Positions 27,092-36,437 of a DNA stretch of 64,000 bases are shown here, piece after piece. The notes beneath the pieces are model-generated. The model did no database searches, was not told the DNA's origin, and saw nothing but the letters and a program-made list of their open reading frames with translations. Position 1 is the first letter of the stretch; each line of letters starts with the position of its first letter. The DNA is from a virus (lineage: Duplodnaviria; Heunggongvirae; Uroviricota; Caudoviricetes): IMG/VR virus record IMGVR_UViG_3300037467_000966; one strand, written 5' to 3'. Made by a program: the position numbers and the translations under genes.

Positions 27092-27512
27092 TATTTGTTT
27101 CCTCCCGTTTCAATTTAATATAACTGCTAGCTTGCTTTAATGAATAATAAGCTGACTCTAATCCTGCTCTGTCGTCCAGCAGGATGTTGTAATAAATCTT
27201 GCCGCCTTTAAACGGAAGACCTGGCATGTTTTCATTGACTGCGTCATAAGGAATATCCCATCTATCAAGATAATTCTTAATGAAATCATGTCGTTCTGGT
27301 TCACTTGTACTAAAGACAATCAAGTAACAGCCAAGCTTCTTGCACTCCCGAAGAAGTTCAATGACTTGGTCGTACTTGTTGCCTTCCTTGTGGTAGTCAT
27401 GAACCGTTCCATCAAAGTCATAAGCAACGATTAACTTCCCGTGCTGCTCCCACTCCTTAATTAAACGAAGGGTTGCAGCACCTGGCAATAGGTACGGGTC
27501 AGTCAAGAACAA
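27084..27512 (-). CDS. HAD-like phosphatase-fold protein (DxDGT motif)
   Basis: IVAYDFDGTVHDY motif I. 142 aa. Confidence 0.45.
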   Translation of the reverse strand: MFLTDPYLLPGAATLRLIKEWEQHGKLIVAYDFDGTVHDYHKEGNKYDQVIELLRECKKLGCYLIVFSTSEPERHDFIKNYLDRWDIPYDAVNENMPGLPFKGGKIYYNILLDDRAGLESAYYSLKQASSYIKLKREETNND

Positions 27513-28377
27513 TCAGCTCCTCGACATCCGTCACATCAATCTTATCTTTATATAGCTGATTTGCCCAATCATGTTGAGCTTGGTCAGATAAGATAGAGTT
27601 GGTTGTAAACACTTTGTTGATTGGACTTTCCGTAAATATTTTACCCTTGAAGATAGTGTCTTCTGCGTGAGCCACACAAAGATAGATTTCTTCAAAGCCA
27701 CGCTTCTTCAACTCATCAGCAGCCATGATAAACGTACCACCCTTACTGGATAAGTCATCAACGATAATCGCTTTCTTACCAATGCCTGGTGTAACCAAAT
27801 CAAGTTTCGTTATGTAACCTGTTTGGAAATCACGATGTTTCAAACCAACGATTGCTTGAAGGTCAAACATTTTCTCGTAACGTTTCTCCGCACCAGCATC
27901 AGGATAAACAAGGAAATCATTGTCGAAATCAAAATCAATTTCATTCATAACATAGTTCACTAAGAATTGATTTACCATTAATGGTTTTGAACGGTCAAGC
28001 AATGCACATGTTACATCTGAATGTGGTTCAATCACAAACACTTTATCGAAATAAAGGCTGTTAATAAAAGCAGAAACATATTTTAAAGTAAATACGCTGC
28101 CGCCTTCGCTTCTGTCCATGCGTGAATAAGGCATGTAATAAACAAGCAGATAACAAGGAACTGTTGCAATCAAGTCCATGTGATTCTTAACAAACATCAG
28201 CTTGATTAAATCCGCATCATCTTCGTACTTAAATGATAGGATATTTACCTGCTCCATATTTTGTTTGAAGAAATTGAGCGCTGGATGCTCCTCCGTTGCT
28301 TCAATTGTTGTAATCACATGTGTTTCGCCATTAGGAAATCTACCGAACGGAACTTCTTTGCCATTTAATAAAATCAT
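27499..28377 (-). CDS. Ribose-phosphate pyrophosphokinase (Prs) family protein, divergent. PRPP synthetase or ADPR-pyrophosphate synthetase-like
   Basis: YMPYSRMDR (Prs CFPYARQDK), VYPDAGAEKR (Prs SPDAGGAKR), and PRTase motif IIVDDLSSKGGT. Confidence 0.8.
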   Translation of the reverse strand: MILLNGKEVPFGRFPNGETHVITTIEATEEHPALNFFKQNMEQVNILSFKYEDDADLIKLMFVKNHMDLIATVPCYLLVYYMPYSRMDRSEGGSVFTLKYVSAFINSLYFDKVFVIEPHSDVTCALLDRSKPLMVNQFLVNYVMNEIDFDFDNDFLVYPDAGAEKRYEKMFDLQAIVGLKHRDFQTGYITKLDLVTPGIGKKAIIVDDLSSKGGTFIMAADELKKRGFEEIYLCVAHAEDTIFKGKIFTESPINKVFTTNSILSDQAQHDWANQLYKDKIDVTDVEELIVLD

Positions 28378-28613
28378 TTTGACTCCTCCACTTCTTCTTC
28401 TAATGGTTCACCGAATGCTGCCGATACAAGAATCGTATTGCTGTTGTCGTACTCCCAAACTTTCACGAATGGGTCAATGCCTTTTGGAGCCTTAAACTTA
28501 CGTGTTGTGCGTGGCGGGATGGGACTCATATCGCATTCAATCCCATGAATCGCTGTTGCTGGATGAATCACATACTCCTTGTTTGTATCATTGTAAAATA
28601 TCATATTATCCAC
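28374..28613 (-). CDS. Hypothetical protein
   Basis: 79-aa ORF. Confidence 0.5.
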   Translation of the reverse strand: MDNMIFYNDTNKEYVIHPATAIHGIECDMSPIPPRTTRKFKAPKGIDPFVKVWEYDNSNTILVSAAFGEPLEEEVEESK

Positions 28614-29341
28614 CCATCTAAAGTCGCATCAAAGATTAAATCTCTTAGCTTCTCCTGAAGCTGATTGTTTACTTCGACACGAATTTCTTTTGATTTGTAA
28701 ACATCTTTTAATTCTTGTGCTGCTGTTTCCCAATCCTTAATCAGCATTCTGATTTCATCAAATGTAAACTTACCACGTTTGATATCTATCATGAACTGGC
28801 GTTCTTCACCTTCATACCAGATAGCTTTCTTGTAGTCCGTAAAGCCATTTGCATGAAACTTAACCAGTACTTTGCAAAGATGAACAGCCAACATTGCTTT
28901 CTTTGGATTGTAAGCATGTCGTTCAATCAGTGCCCGTGTCTTCTCCGAAGTTGGATTCTGAAGGTCATTGATGTTCCGCTGAACCGTACCCATCGTAGCA
29001 CTGTAAAGATTGGAGAGATTCATATTGGCTATGTCATCTCTCATCGCAATGATTTCATCCATCTTCTGGCATCCGAATGTTTCAATGCCTGGGCTAAATA
29101 ATAAATCAAGATAAGCAGGATTCGCTTTGAACAATAAAGTCTCAAGCCGTCTTACATCCTGAACATCTTCATCCACTTCATCCGAAGTTGTTTGCTTTGC
29201 ATGCTTCTTGCCTTCATATAAATCATCAAAGGTTGGAAGAACAAAGTATTTCAAATCCACATCTGATTGTTCATCATTTAAATTACGCATATGACTGCCG
29301 CCATTTATCATAGCAACAACATGTCTGTCATGCTTCTTCAT
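28601..29341 (-). CDS. Predicted nucleotidyltransferase (Pol-beta superfamily fold)
   Basis: GGSHMRNLNDEQSDVDL fits the GS-x9-13-DxD NTase signature. Confidence 0.5.
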   Translation of the reverse strand: MKKHDRHVVAMINGGSHMRNLNDEQSDVDLKYFVLPTFDDLYEGKKHAKQTTSDEVDEDVQDVRRLETLLFKANPAYLDLLFSPGIETFGCQKMDEIIAMRDDIANMNLSNLYSATMGTVQRNINDLQNPTSEKTRALIERHAYNPKKAMLAVHLCKVLVKFHANGFTDYKKAIWYEGEERQFMIDIKRGKFTFDEIRMLIKDWETAAQELKDVYKSKEIRVEVNNQLQEKLRDLIFDATLDGWII

Positions 29342-29634
29342 CGAATCCCATCCTTATGTTTGACCTCATGATACTTATCACCTAAATGAAGCATATCTTC
29401 GACAGTGTCCGCAAGTTCCTTCATGATGATAGCTCTCACAACTCTTAGTGTTTCCCTTCTTACTGATTCTTCAACAGGGTTTTGTTTGATGCCAGCTAAT
29501 GCATTGGATGCCGATAGCCTGCGCTCCTGCTCTTCAAATTCATCAATCTTTGTAATAACATGATGAGCGAAGTGCGGTGTATCTTTAAATTGCAATGGTA
29601 GTGCATCTTTGATTTGCTTAATTTTTTCTAGCAT
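29338..29634 (-). CDS. Hypothetical protein
   Basis: 98-aa ORF. Confidence 0.5.
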   Translation of the reverse strand: MLEKIKQIKDALPLQFKDTPHFAHHVITKIDEFEEQERRLSASNALAGIKQNPVEESVRRETLRVVRAIIMKELADTVEDMLHLGDKYHEVKHKDGIR

Positions 29635-29646
29635 CCAATCATCCTC

Positions 29647-29901
29647 CTAAAGTGACTCTACTAATTTTGCAATGCATGTTGGGCAAATACCTGTCTTGCC
29701 ATGTAATTCATGAATAGCTACTACTGTACCGCATTCTGCACAACCTGGATTGTACTTGCGAAGAACAATGTTTTCCCCATCTTTAAAGAATTCCATTGCT
29801 TGGTCATCCTCGCAACCCATTGCTCTACGCATTTCTTTTGGTATTACGATACGTCCTAAGCTATCAATCTTTCTGATGATTCCTGTCGCTAACATTGCCA
29901 T
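29647..29901 (-). CDS. AbrB/SpoVT-family DNA-binding regulator with C-terminal Cys4 zinc ribbon
   Basis: GIIRKIDSLGRIVIPKEMRRAMG is the AbrB/MazE swapped-hairpin signature. C-terminus has CAECG...CPTC. Confidence 0.75.
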   Translation of the reverse strand: MAMLATGIIRKIDSLGRIVIPKEMRRAMGCEDDQAMEFFKDGENIVLRKYNPGCAECGTVVAIHELHGKTGICPTCIAKLVESL

Positions 29902-30049
29902 CTCTCCCTATGGTATCTATTTTAGTTTTATCTTCTACATAATCCTCACATACGGGGCAAATGATTTCTTCGCCCTCGTACATGACCTTTCGGGTATTAC
30001 TACAACAAGCACAATTAATCATTTGATTTTTCGAACCATTTTTTCTCAC
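29864..30049 (-). CDS. Small Cys-rich protein (CACC...CPVC)
   Basis: 61-aa ORF. Confidence 0.35.
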   Translation of the reverse strand: MRKNGSKNQMINCACCSNTRKVMYEGEEIICPVCEDYVEDKTKIDTIGRDGNVSDRNHQKD

Positions 30050-30227
30050 GAAGATTAACTAGCTTAACACCAGTATGATTTACACAATGCAAATCCCCAT
30101 TTGTAGCATTCTCAAAGAAAAGCTTATCAAGTTCACCTGCTGCTGCTAATAATGCTGCGCGTTCCACACTGATTTCTTTTAAAGTTGTCATTTGTTGTTT
30201 CCCCTTTTCAATGGTTTTAATAGCCAC
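30015..30227 (-). CDS. Small hypothetical protein
   Basis: 70-aa ORF. Confidence 0.35.
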   Translation of the reverse strand: MAIKTIEKGKQQMTTLKEISVERAALLAAAGELDKLFFENATNGDLHCVNHTGVKLVNLREKKWFEKSND

Positions 30228-30269
30228 TCTCCAATGGCTGTAACAATATCAATACACATAAAGATAAAA

Positions 30270-30674
30270 TCAATCATTTGTATTACCCTTGATTAATTCC
30301 ATGATATCTTTTAGTGCATAGTACTCAGGAGCAAAGACATGCATAATACCGTTTGCTAATACTACTAAATCAATAATCATCAAAGCTAACATAAGAAAAG
30401 AAATGAAATAGCCGAAGCCGCCATAATAGCCGCCTTTGAACTCTTCTTTTTCTCGCTTGAGAAAGTGTCTTGCAGCCCATAGAAACACAAACAATAACGG
30501 AACTGTTACTACCAGCTCCGCTACTCCATACATCATTTCTTTTTGAACAACCGCTATGTAAACATGCTCGGCTGCTACACCTAATTGTTTTGCTACTTCC
30601 TTAACGACATCACCAATTCTATCTGTTCTGTCCATCAGATAATTAATCAGCTTGTCCTGTGTTGCGTCTCTCAC
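30270..30674 (-). CDS. Membrane protein (3 TM)
   Basis: 134-aa ORF with hydrophobic segments. Confidence 0.5.
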   Translation of the reverse strand: MRDATQDKLINYLMDRTDRIGDVVKEVAKQLGVAAEHVYIAVVQKEMMYGVAELVVTVPLLFVFLWAARHFLKREKEEFKGGYYGGFGYFISFLMLALMIIDLVVLANGIMHVFAPEYYALKDIMELIKGNTND

Positions 30675-30686
30675 TTAACCACTCCC

Positions 30687-31082
30687 CTAAAATGGTATTC
30701 TAAAGCTATTAAACTTCTTAAACAATTCTTCTGCCCTTTTCTTTTGCTCATCGTACTCCCACATGTCACCTTGAAGAAGTTTGTTTTTAAAGATGGCATT
30801 ATTACCAACTGGCTGACAGTCTTTAATACGAACAGTAAAGATTTTAATATTATCTTGCACACGCCTAGTGCGATGAATATGATTGTGTTCCCTACCATAC
30901 CTCGCAATCATTTCTTCGGGTGTCATGCCATCGTGCGATAGGGTTCCAACACGAATTAAATGTTCGGCAGCATCTCCTTCTACATTAAAGTAAGCCATCC
31001 ATTTTGTCCCTGGCTTTGTGACCGCGTACTCCACATCATCAGGGTCTCTCATTTCAATAATATCACCTGCCCTAAATGTCAT
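30687..31082 (-). CDS. Hypothetical protein
   Basis: 131-aa ORF. The overlapping 30671-30907 frame is judged spurious. Confidence 0.55.
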   Translation of the reverse strand: MTFRAGDIIEMRDPDDVEYAVTKPGTKWMAYFNVEGDAAEHLIRVGTLSHDGMTPEEMIARYGREHNHIHRTRRVQDNIKIFTVRIKDCQPVGNNAIFKNKLLQGDMWEYDEQKKRAEELFKKFNSFRIPF

Positions 31083-31221
31083 AGCGACACCTCACTTTTT
31101 CCATATCCAAACTGCTATAAAAATAAGTACAATCATAAGTGCAACTGGGATACTGAAGAAATAAAAATATGCTTGTAATGTATCCCACATTGTTAACGTC
31201 TTGCCTTCATACATCTGCTAA

Positions 31222-31260
31222 CCCCCCAGAAAGCAGAAGGCCCCGAAGGGCCTACTCAGC
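31222..31260 (-). terminator. Hairpin (GGCCCCGAAGGGCC core) at the sigma-factor gene stop
   Basis: Extended stem agtaggccc/gggccttct around a UUCG loop on RNA. Weak U-tail. Confidence 0.45.
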
Positions 31261-32682
31261 TTCTACATTTAATGTGAATGTGATAGAACCGTTATTGCTT
31301 TCTTCAAGCATGCTAATCAGCTCTTTCATTTCAGCTACGAAATCTTCAGTTGGAACGTTCCCGCCCGAAGCATGATACTTAAATGTTAGAAGCTTTTGAA
31401 TCTTACCCATTGGTGATGTCTCTGTAGCAACGCTTTCAGCAGCCATCTCCTTGCGAACCTCTGCTTCAACTTCTGCACGAAGCTCGGCTTTGATTTCAGC
31501 CTTGAACTCTTCGATTGCTTCTGCCATATTCACAACAGGCTGTTCAGGCTTCTTGATTTCCACTTGCTCAACTTCATGTTTTACAACAGGCACTTGTTCT
31601 ACCAACCTTTCCTTGTCTTTTTCACCCATGAAAGCTGGATGATTAATCACTGGCGTTTCAACTGGTACTTCAATCTCCACCCGTTTCTTAGGTTCATTGA
31701 CCCATTTGTAATCGCCTTTCTCATATAAACGACGTAATCTGGTTAGACTACCTGTTGGGACACCTGTTTGTTTTGATATCTCTGCATAGGTATATTTACC
31801 TTCTGCCAACAACTGGACCGCTTTATCGGTGTCCCCGCTATGTTCACGAACCATGCCTGGATGATTAGTCATCTTTTCCTTCCGCACTTCTTTTGGACGG
31901 TGCTTCTGAGCATACGTTGCAATAGTGCTGTAAGGTACGCCTGTCTTTTCATTGATTTCTTTGTAAGACATCGTCGTTGTCTTTAACAAGTGAATAACTT
32001 CTTTCTTATTGGCTGGTGCAATTCCTCTAGCCATTTTCTCTTCATTCCTTTCTGCCTTAGCTTGATTAGACTCAATGGTCTTTTTTATTTTCTTCAATAT
32101 CTTTTTCTCTATCCTTGATATGTAGGACTGAGAGATATCGAGTGCCGCCGACACTTCCCGTTGTGTTTGATTTTGAAAGTAACGCATAAGAATAATATCT
32201 TTATCCCGTGGCGACAAGCCTTCCAATGCAGCTCGTACTTCAGCCATGGTATCGTTCCATTCAAACACTTCTGAGAAATGTTGGATGTTCTTATCAGGCG
32301 TGACATCCATCAAAGTTAATTCATGTCCATCTATATCCGTCGTTATCGGGCTGTCAATGGACGTTTCAGCTTTGATTTTCTTACCTTTCCGAAGGAACAT
32401 CAAGATTTCGTTGTCGATGCATCGTGAAGCGTATGTAGCAAACTTGACTTCCTTCTCTGTGTTAAAAGTATGAACAGCTTTAATCATACCGATTAATCCA
32501 ATACTAAACAAATCCTCTATGTCTAGTCCTGTGTTGTCATACTTTTTTGCAATATGCACTACCAACCTGAGATTACCTTCAATTACTTTCTCTTTAGCTT
32601 CCTCATCCCCCGCCTTGTATGCTCTAAGCAGCTCTAATGTTTCTGTAGGTTTTAGCGGTGGTGGCAAATCCATCATCGACAT
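31252..32682 (-). CDS. Phage-encoded sigma-70-family RNA polymerase sigma factor with long C-terminal extension carrying two HTH-like repeats
   Basis: Region 2 DLFSIGLIGMIKAVHTFNTEKEVKFATYASRCIDNEILMFLR. Region 4 TQREVSAALDISQSYISRIEKKILKK. Then repeats Y(K/A)EI(N/S)(E/K)(K/Q)TGVP... Confidence 0.85.
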   Translation of the reverse strand: MSMMDLPPPLKPTETLELLRAYKAGDEEAKEKVIEGNLRLVVHIAKKYDNTGLDIEDLFSIGLIGMIKAVHTFNTEKEVKFATYASRCIDNEILMFLRKGKKIKAETSIDSPITTDIDGHELTLMDVTPDKNIQHFSEVFEWNDTMAEVRAALEGLSPRDKDIILMRYFQNQTQREVSAALDISQSYISRIEKKILKKIKKTIESNQAKAERNEEKMARGIAPANKKEVIHLLKTTTMSYKEINEKTGVPYSTIATYAQKHRPKEVRKEKMTNHPGMVREHSGDTDKAVQLLAEGKYTYAEISKQTGVPTGSLTRLRRLYEKGDYKWVNEPKKRVEIEVPVETPVINHPAFMGEKDKERLVEQVPVVKHEVEQVEIKKPEQPVVNMAEAIEEFKAEIKAELRAEVEAEVRKEMAAESVATETSPMGKIQKLLTFKYHASGGNVPTEDFVAEMKELISMLEESNNGSITFTLNVEAE

Positions 32683-32783
32683 TGCTTCACCTCCATGGAA
32701 GATACCAGGTACAACAAAAGGAGGTAGTTGAAAACAAATCTGGTATCCTCTATGCAGGAGAAGCCCGAAGGCCTCCCGCTATT

Positions 32784-33338
32784 TTATTCTTCGATTACAA
32801 GCAACGTATGAACATAGCTAAGAATCTGTGCCTTAGCATGTGCTGTTAACTTGCAGTCACGCACCCATTTAGGAGCCTCATCTGAGCCGATGTTGCGTCC
32901 TCCGCCCATCTGCATATAGATATCACCCTCTGCAAAATCAGAGGCAAATATGCTGATGTTATCAATTGTAGCGGCATGTGTTTGAAGACGAACCTTACAA
33001 AGGATACCAGCCTTCACTTGATTTTCAGTTGGTTCAAAGATATCAATCATCTTAATGCCTAGTACTTCATTGCTTGACTCATCAGTAACAATAGATAAGT
33101 CGCCTTTACGGTTCAAGTACCAGAATGGTTTTGCACCGCTGCCAGTGGCACGACGAGTATTGTTATCAGCTTGGTCAAACGCAATACGTGGACTAACTTG
33201 CTTAGTTTCTTTCTTAGCTGCTGGAGCCTTAGTTGATTTACGAGTAGTTGTTTTTGTTGTCATTGTGACAACCTCCTTCGAATAGTTAATATATTTAAAA
33301 GACCCCATTGCTGGGGCCGCCTTACACATAAATTCCAA
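32784..33338 (-). CDS. K/T-rich N-terminus protein, paralogue of 46615-47175
   Basis: Shared architecture and shared C-terminus AQIL(S/R)YV(H/D)(T/S)LLV with the 46615 gene. Confidence 0.6.
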   Translation of the reverse strand: MEFMCKAAPAMGSFKYINYSKEVVTMTTKTTTRKSTKAPAAKKETKQVSPRIAFDQADNNTRRATGSGAKPFWYLNRKGDLSIVTDESSNEVLGIKMIDIFEPTENQVKAGILCKVRLQTHAATIDNISIFASDFAEGDIYMQMGGGRNIGSDEAPKWVRDCKLTAHAKAQILSYVHTLLVIEE

Positions 33339-33561
33339 TTGCTCTTCTTTGTCTTACTGGATTCAATACAAATTCACGGAGTATTAAGAATGCATCAATC
33401 ATCAAACATACCACTGACCATATCTTAAAGAACAATGGGATTGCTGCCCAAGTTACAATGGTCATCGTTGTTTCAATCAATAGACTGCATACCATCCATG
33501 TCTTCGCACCAATTGATGTTTTTCTTGCTGACACTATCTTCTTGGTATCCAACCATCTCAT
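33322..33561 (-). CDS. Small membrane protein, paralogue of 48507-48710
   Basis: SIGAKTWMVCSLLIETTMTIVTWAAIPLFFKIW vs SVGAKSWMVMSFLIESCMAFTMWSVIPWFFKLW. Confidence 0.5.
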   Translation of the reverse strand: MRWLDTKKIVSARKTSIGAKTWMVCSLLIETTMTIVTWAAIPLFFKIWSVVCLMIDAFLILREFVLNPVRQRRAIGIYV

Positions 33562-33564
33562 CTC

Positions 33565-33837
33565 CTATCTAATCGTGTCGGGGATTTTCCACCGAGTCAT
33601 GATTGGTATTGGATGCAAGATGTATGGAAATTCGACTACGAAAAATAAACCATGACAATCTGTACATAGATTCATTTCTGCAATCAAATGGGTTTCACGA
33701 GAATCAATCACATCAATCAGTTCGGGAGCCGCATAATTCTTACAGTGCGGACAACATGTATCATTTGACCAATAATGTTCTGATACAATTGCCACATCTA
33801 CTTCTTTATAGGCAACACCTGCCGTCATCTGAATCAC
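33565..33837 (-). CDS. Cys-rich small protein (CCPHC...CTDC), putative zinc finger
   Basis: 90-aa ORF. Confidence 0.45.
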   Translation of the reverse strand: MIQMTAGVAYKEVDVAIVSEHYWSNDTCCPHCKNYAAPELIDVIDSRETHLIAEMNLCTDCHGLFFVVEFPYILHPIPIMTRWKIPDTIR

Positions 33838-33840
33838 CTC

Positions 33841-34098
33841 CTAGCGAATATCATCTTTTGCTAATAGCACTTTAGCATCTTTGTTATTACCAAGATTCAT
33901 ACTGAATTGATAAACCTCACTGTCTTCTGGATGCTTTCCAAGAAAGACTACAGGCTGACCAATCGCGTTGCCTAATCGTGTTGCAACTTCCTTGCTCCAC
34001 CTCTCACCTCCACCAGTATAGAGACTGACAATTCCTTCTTTTCGCAATATTTCCTCAGCTTGCTTCCATTGTGACGGTAAATTTTTTCTATCTAGCAA
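33841..34098 (-). CDS. Hypothetical protein
   Basis: 85-aa ORF. Confidence 0.5.
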   Translation of the reverse strand: MLDRKNLPSQWKQAEEILRKEGIVSLYTGGGERWSKEVATRLGNAIGQPVVFLGKHPEDSEVYQFSMNLGNNKDAKVLLAKDDIR

Positions 34099-34431
34099 AT
34101 GGCCTCAACTCCTTTCGTACCAAGGGATAGAAAATTCACAGAATATTCATAATAAACTTTCTTCTTTTTCCGAGGTGTAATTTTCTCTAAAAACCTTTAT
34201 TAGTATATATAGAGTGACTTTTCTACGACGCATGATGTAGAGAGTTACATTCTACAGAAAATGGAAGAAAAGAAAAACCACCACCAAAAAGGTACAGCGT
34301 GCGTACAGAGTTAGCGTGGAGTGCGAAGCATGACCACGCAGAAACGATAGCGTACAATATATACTTTATAAGATGGGGGTCTAAGGGGGCTGGACCCTTG
34401 ACCCAGTATATCCATATGGGTAGTAATGTAC

Positions 34432-35181
34432 CTACACTGCACTCAAGCCATCATCATCTGTATCGGACAGTTCGTGCGCGTCCACCCAGTCAGCAGCTGC
34501 ATCATCTGGATTCCAATCAATCATTGCTGGTGCATCAGCCAAGTGAGCCGTTAACTGAGACTTGAATGAATCAGTCAGGCTTTGTACCTTTGCCTTCTTC
34601 TCTGCATCAATCTCTACTGTACGCTTAGCACGGGCTTCATACGCCGCCTTCTGACTGATATAAGTATCACGAAATTTCTTTGTTACTTCACATGATTCAT
34701 CATCCAATGGTAGTGCTACCCAATTCATTGGCTCTCTTGTTTCCTGATAACCAAAGATACTTGGACGACGTTTAAATGGATATGTTCCATGCAATTCATC
34801 GAGCAGTTCATGGATATATTTAAAGTCTTTGAATATCTGAGTCTGATTTATACCAACATATTCAGATACTTTCATTGTGAAATCCATATCTCCTGAATAA
34901 TAGATAGTGCCATTTACGAAATCAGCCACCGCATAAAACTTCTCAGGAGCCTCATCTTGCATCAATATGGCATCACCCTTATGAATGTCTACCTGCTTGC
35001 CTATCATCGCAGGATGGCCCGATAGAACCGTTACACCTACCAATGCCTTCAAGACGTTGTCTACGACAGCCATTGAGCCAACCAGTTCTTCATAACCCAG
35101 GCGCTTTGCATACTCATCACCAATGGTTACATATTGTACTTGTTTCATAGTTAAATCCTCCTTTTGGATACTTCTGTGCAT
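34432..35181 (-). CDS. Hypothetical protein
   Basis: 249-aa ORF. Confidence 0.6.
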   Translation of the reverse strand: MHRSIQKEDLTMKQVQYVTIGDEYAKRLGYEELVGSMAVVDNVLKALVGVTVLSGHPAMIGKQVDIHKGDAILMQDEAPEKFYAVADFVNGTIYYSGDMDFTMKVSEYVGINQTQIFKDFKYIHELLDELHGTYPFKRRPSIFGYQETREPMNWVALPLDDESCEVTKKFRDTYISQKAAYEARAKRTVEIDAEKKAKVQSLTDSFKSQLTAHLADAPAMIDWNPDDAAADWVDAHELSDTDDDGLSAV

Positions 35182-35336
35182 GATTCATCAATCCAACGCT
35201 TATCTTCTTCGCTGGCTTGAGTATAAGTTTTATTAATGAATGCTTCTCCTTCAGTAGATATCTTGCATCCACACATCAAAGCTAGCTCCATTAATCCGAT
35301 AGTAATAATATCAGCACCTGATTTCATATCCTTCAC
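35151..35336 (-). CDS. Small hypothetical protein
   Basis: 61-aa ORF. Confidence 0.35.
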   Translation of the reverse strand: MKDMKSGADIITIGLMELALMCGCKISTEGEAFINKTYTQASEEDKRWIDESCTEVSKRRI

Positions 35337-35395
35337 TCCTTAAATCAATGTTAGTAGAGAACCAACAACCATAACAACCATACCGATAGTACAAA

Positions 35396-35899
35396 TCATT
35401 GCGATGCAGAAACCAAAGATGTCGAAATCCAATTGTCTGACCCCCAGTATCCCGTAGGAATTTCTTTTCCTGCTGCTATCTTTGCCATGTCCTCCCTTCT
35501 CAACGCTTTTAGTTTGGATAACCGTTCTCTTAAACGCATTCCACGAGGATAGAATTCACTAAAGTCTTCCACATTATAGCCAATCTGCATGATTCCCTTA
35601 CCTATGATTAGTGGTGCTTTAATCAAACGTGGATTGCATTTGACATACAAATAAAGCTTAGATAATGGAAGTGACTCTACATCAATGCCGCGTGCCAACA
35701 ATTCCTTATAGACTTTGCCATTCTTAGCAATGATGTCGTCTGTTCCGTTCTCTGTGTAGCTTAGGATATCTTTCAGTTCCTCAAATGTTAACGGCTCTGT
35801 CCCCATATTGCGAACCTCAAATTCTTGCCCAACTGCCTGTAAATGAGCAACAGCTTTTCTAGATGACGGATTCGATGACAGTATAAAAACTCGAATCAT
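35396..35899 (-). CDS. Hypothetical protein
   Basis: 167-aa ORF. Confidence 0.6.
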   Translation of the reverse strand: MIRVFILSSNPSSRKAVAHLQAVGQEFEVRNMGTEPLTFEELKDILSYTENGTDDIIAKNGKVYKELLARGIDVESLPLSKLYLYVKCNPRLIKAPLIIGKGIMQIGYNVEDFSEFYPRGMRLRERLSKLKALRREDMAKIAAGKEIPTGYWGSDNWISTSLVSASQ

Positions 35900-35933
35900 T
35901 TCTCCATTCCTCCCCAGGAATCAAAAAAGACCC

Positions 35934-36215
35934 CTATTCAGGAGTCCTTTCATCAATTAATTTTTTACTTGCTTCTAATACATCTTTTGTAGAGGTGCCA
36001 AGGACATCCTTCTTCAAATTGTATATCTTCACATCACCCGACATTTCTCTGACATACTTTTCAAATTCCTTTTTGTCTTTGAACTTATCAGTATCAAACA
36101 TGCCAGGTCTTCTAACTTTAACACCACGTTCTACCGTAAAATCATCAAACTCTTTACTAGTCGGGCCTACGATTCCAGTGCCCGCAATATGACCACCCAA
36201 TGATGAACGTCTCAT
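35934..36215 (-). CDS. Hypothetical protein
   Basis: 93-aa ORF. Confidence 0.5.
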   Translation of the reverse strand: MRRSSLGGHIAGTGIVGPTSKEFDDFTVERGVKVRRPGMFDTDKFKDKKEFEKYVREMSGDVKIYNLKKDVLGTSTKDVLEASKKLIDERTPE

Positions 36216-36436
36216 TTGTATGCCTCCCTTATTTCGCGGTATTCATACATCATATTCTTACCATTTGGTGTAGCCCCTATGTAATGCTTCTCACCAATCC
36301 AGGTAATCTTTCCGTTATTCTCAGCAACAATGAACATGATGTCATGGATTTCGTCAATATCTTTGCATTCATAAGAACCATGACTAATGACTTGCCCAGG
36401 AAACTTAGCATGAACTTTGTACTGTGCAGCTTGCAT
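36212..36436 (-). CDS. Hypothetical protein
   Basis: 74-aa ORF. Confidence 0.5.
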   Translation of the reverse strand: MQAAQYKVHAKFPGQVISHGSYECKDIDEIHDIMFIVAENNGKITWIGEKHYIGATPNGKNMMYEYREIREAYK

Positions 36437-36437
36437 A

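Noticed and set aside
30671-30907. 78-aa minus-strand ORF overlapping 30687-31082 in another frame
   Set aside because: Fully nested in a longer, better-composed ORF on the same strand, so it is spurious.
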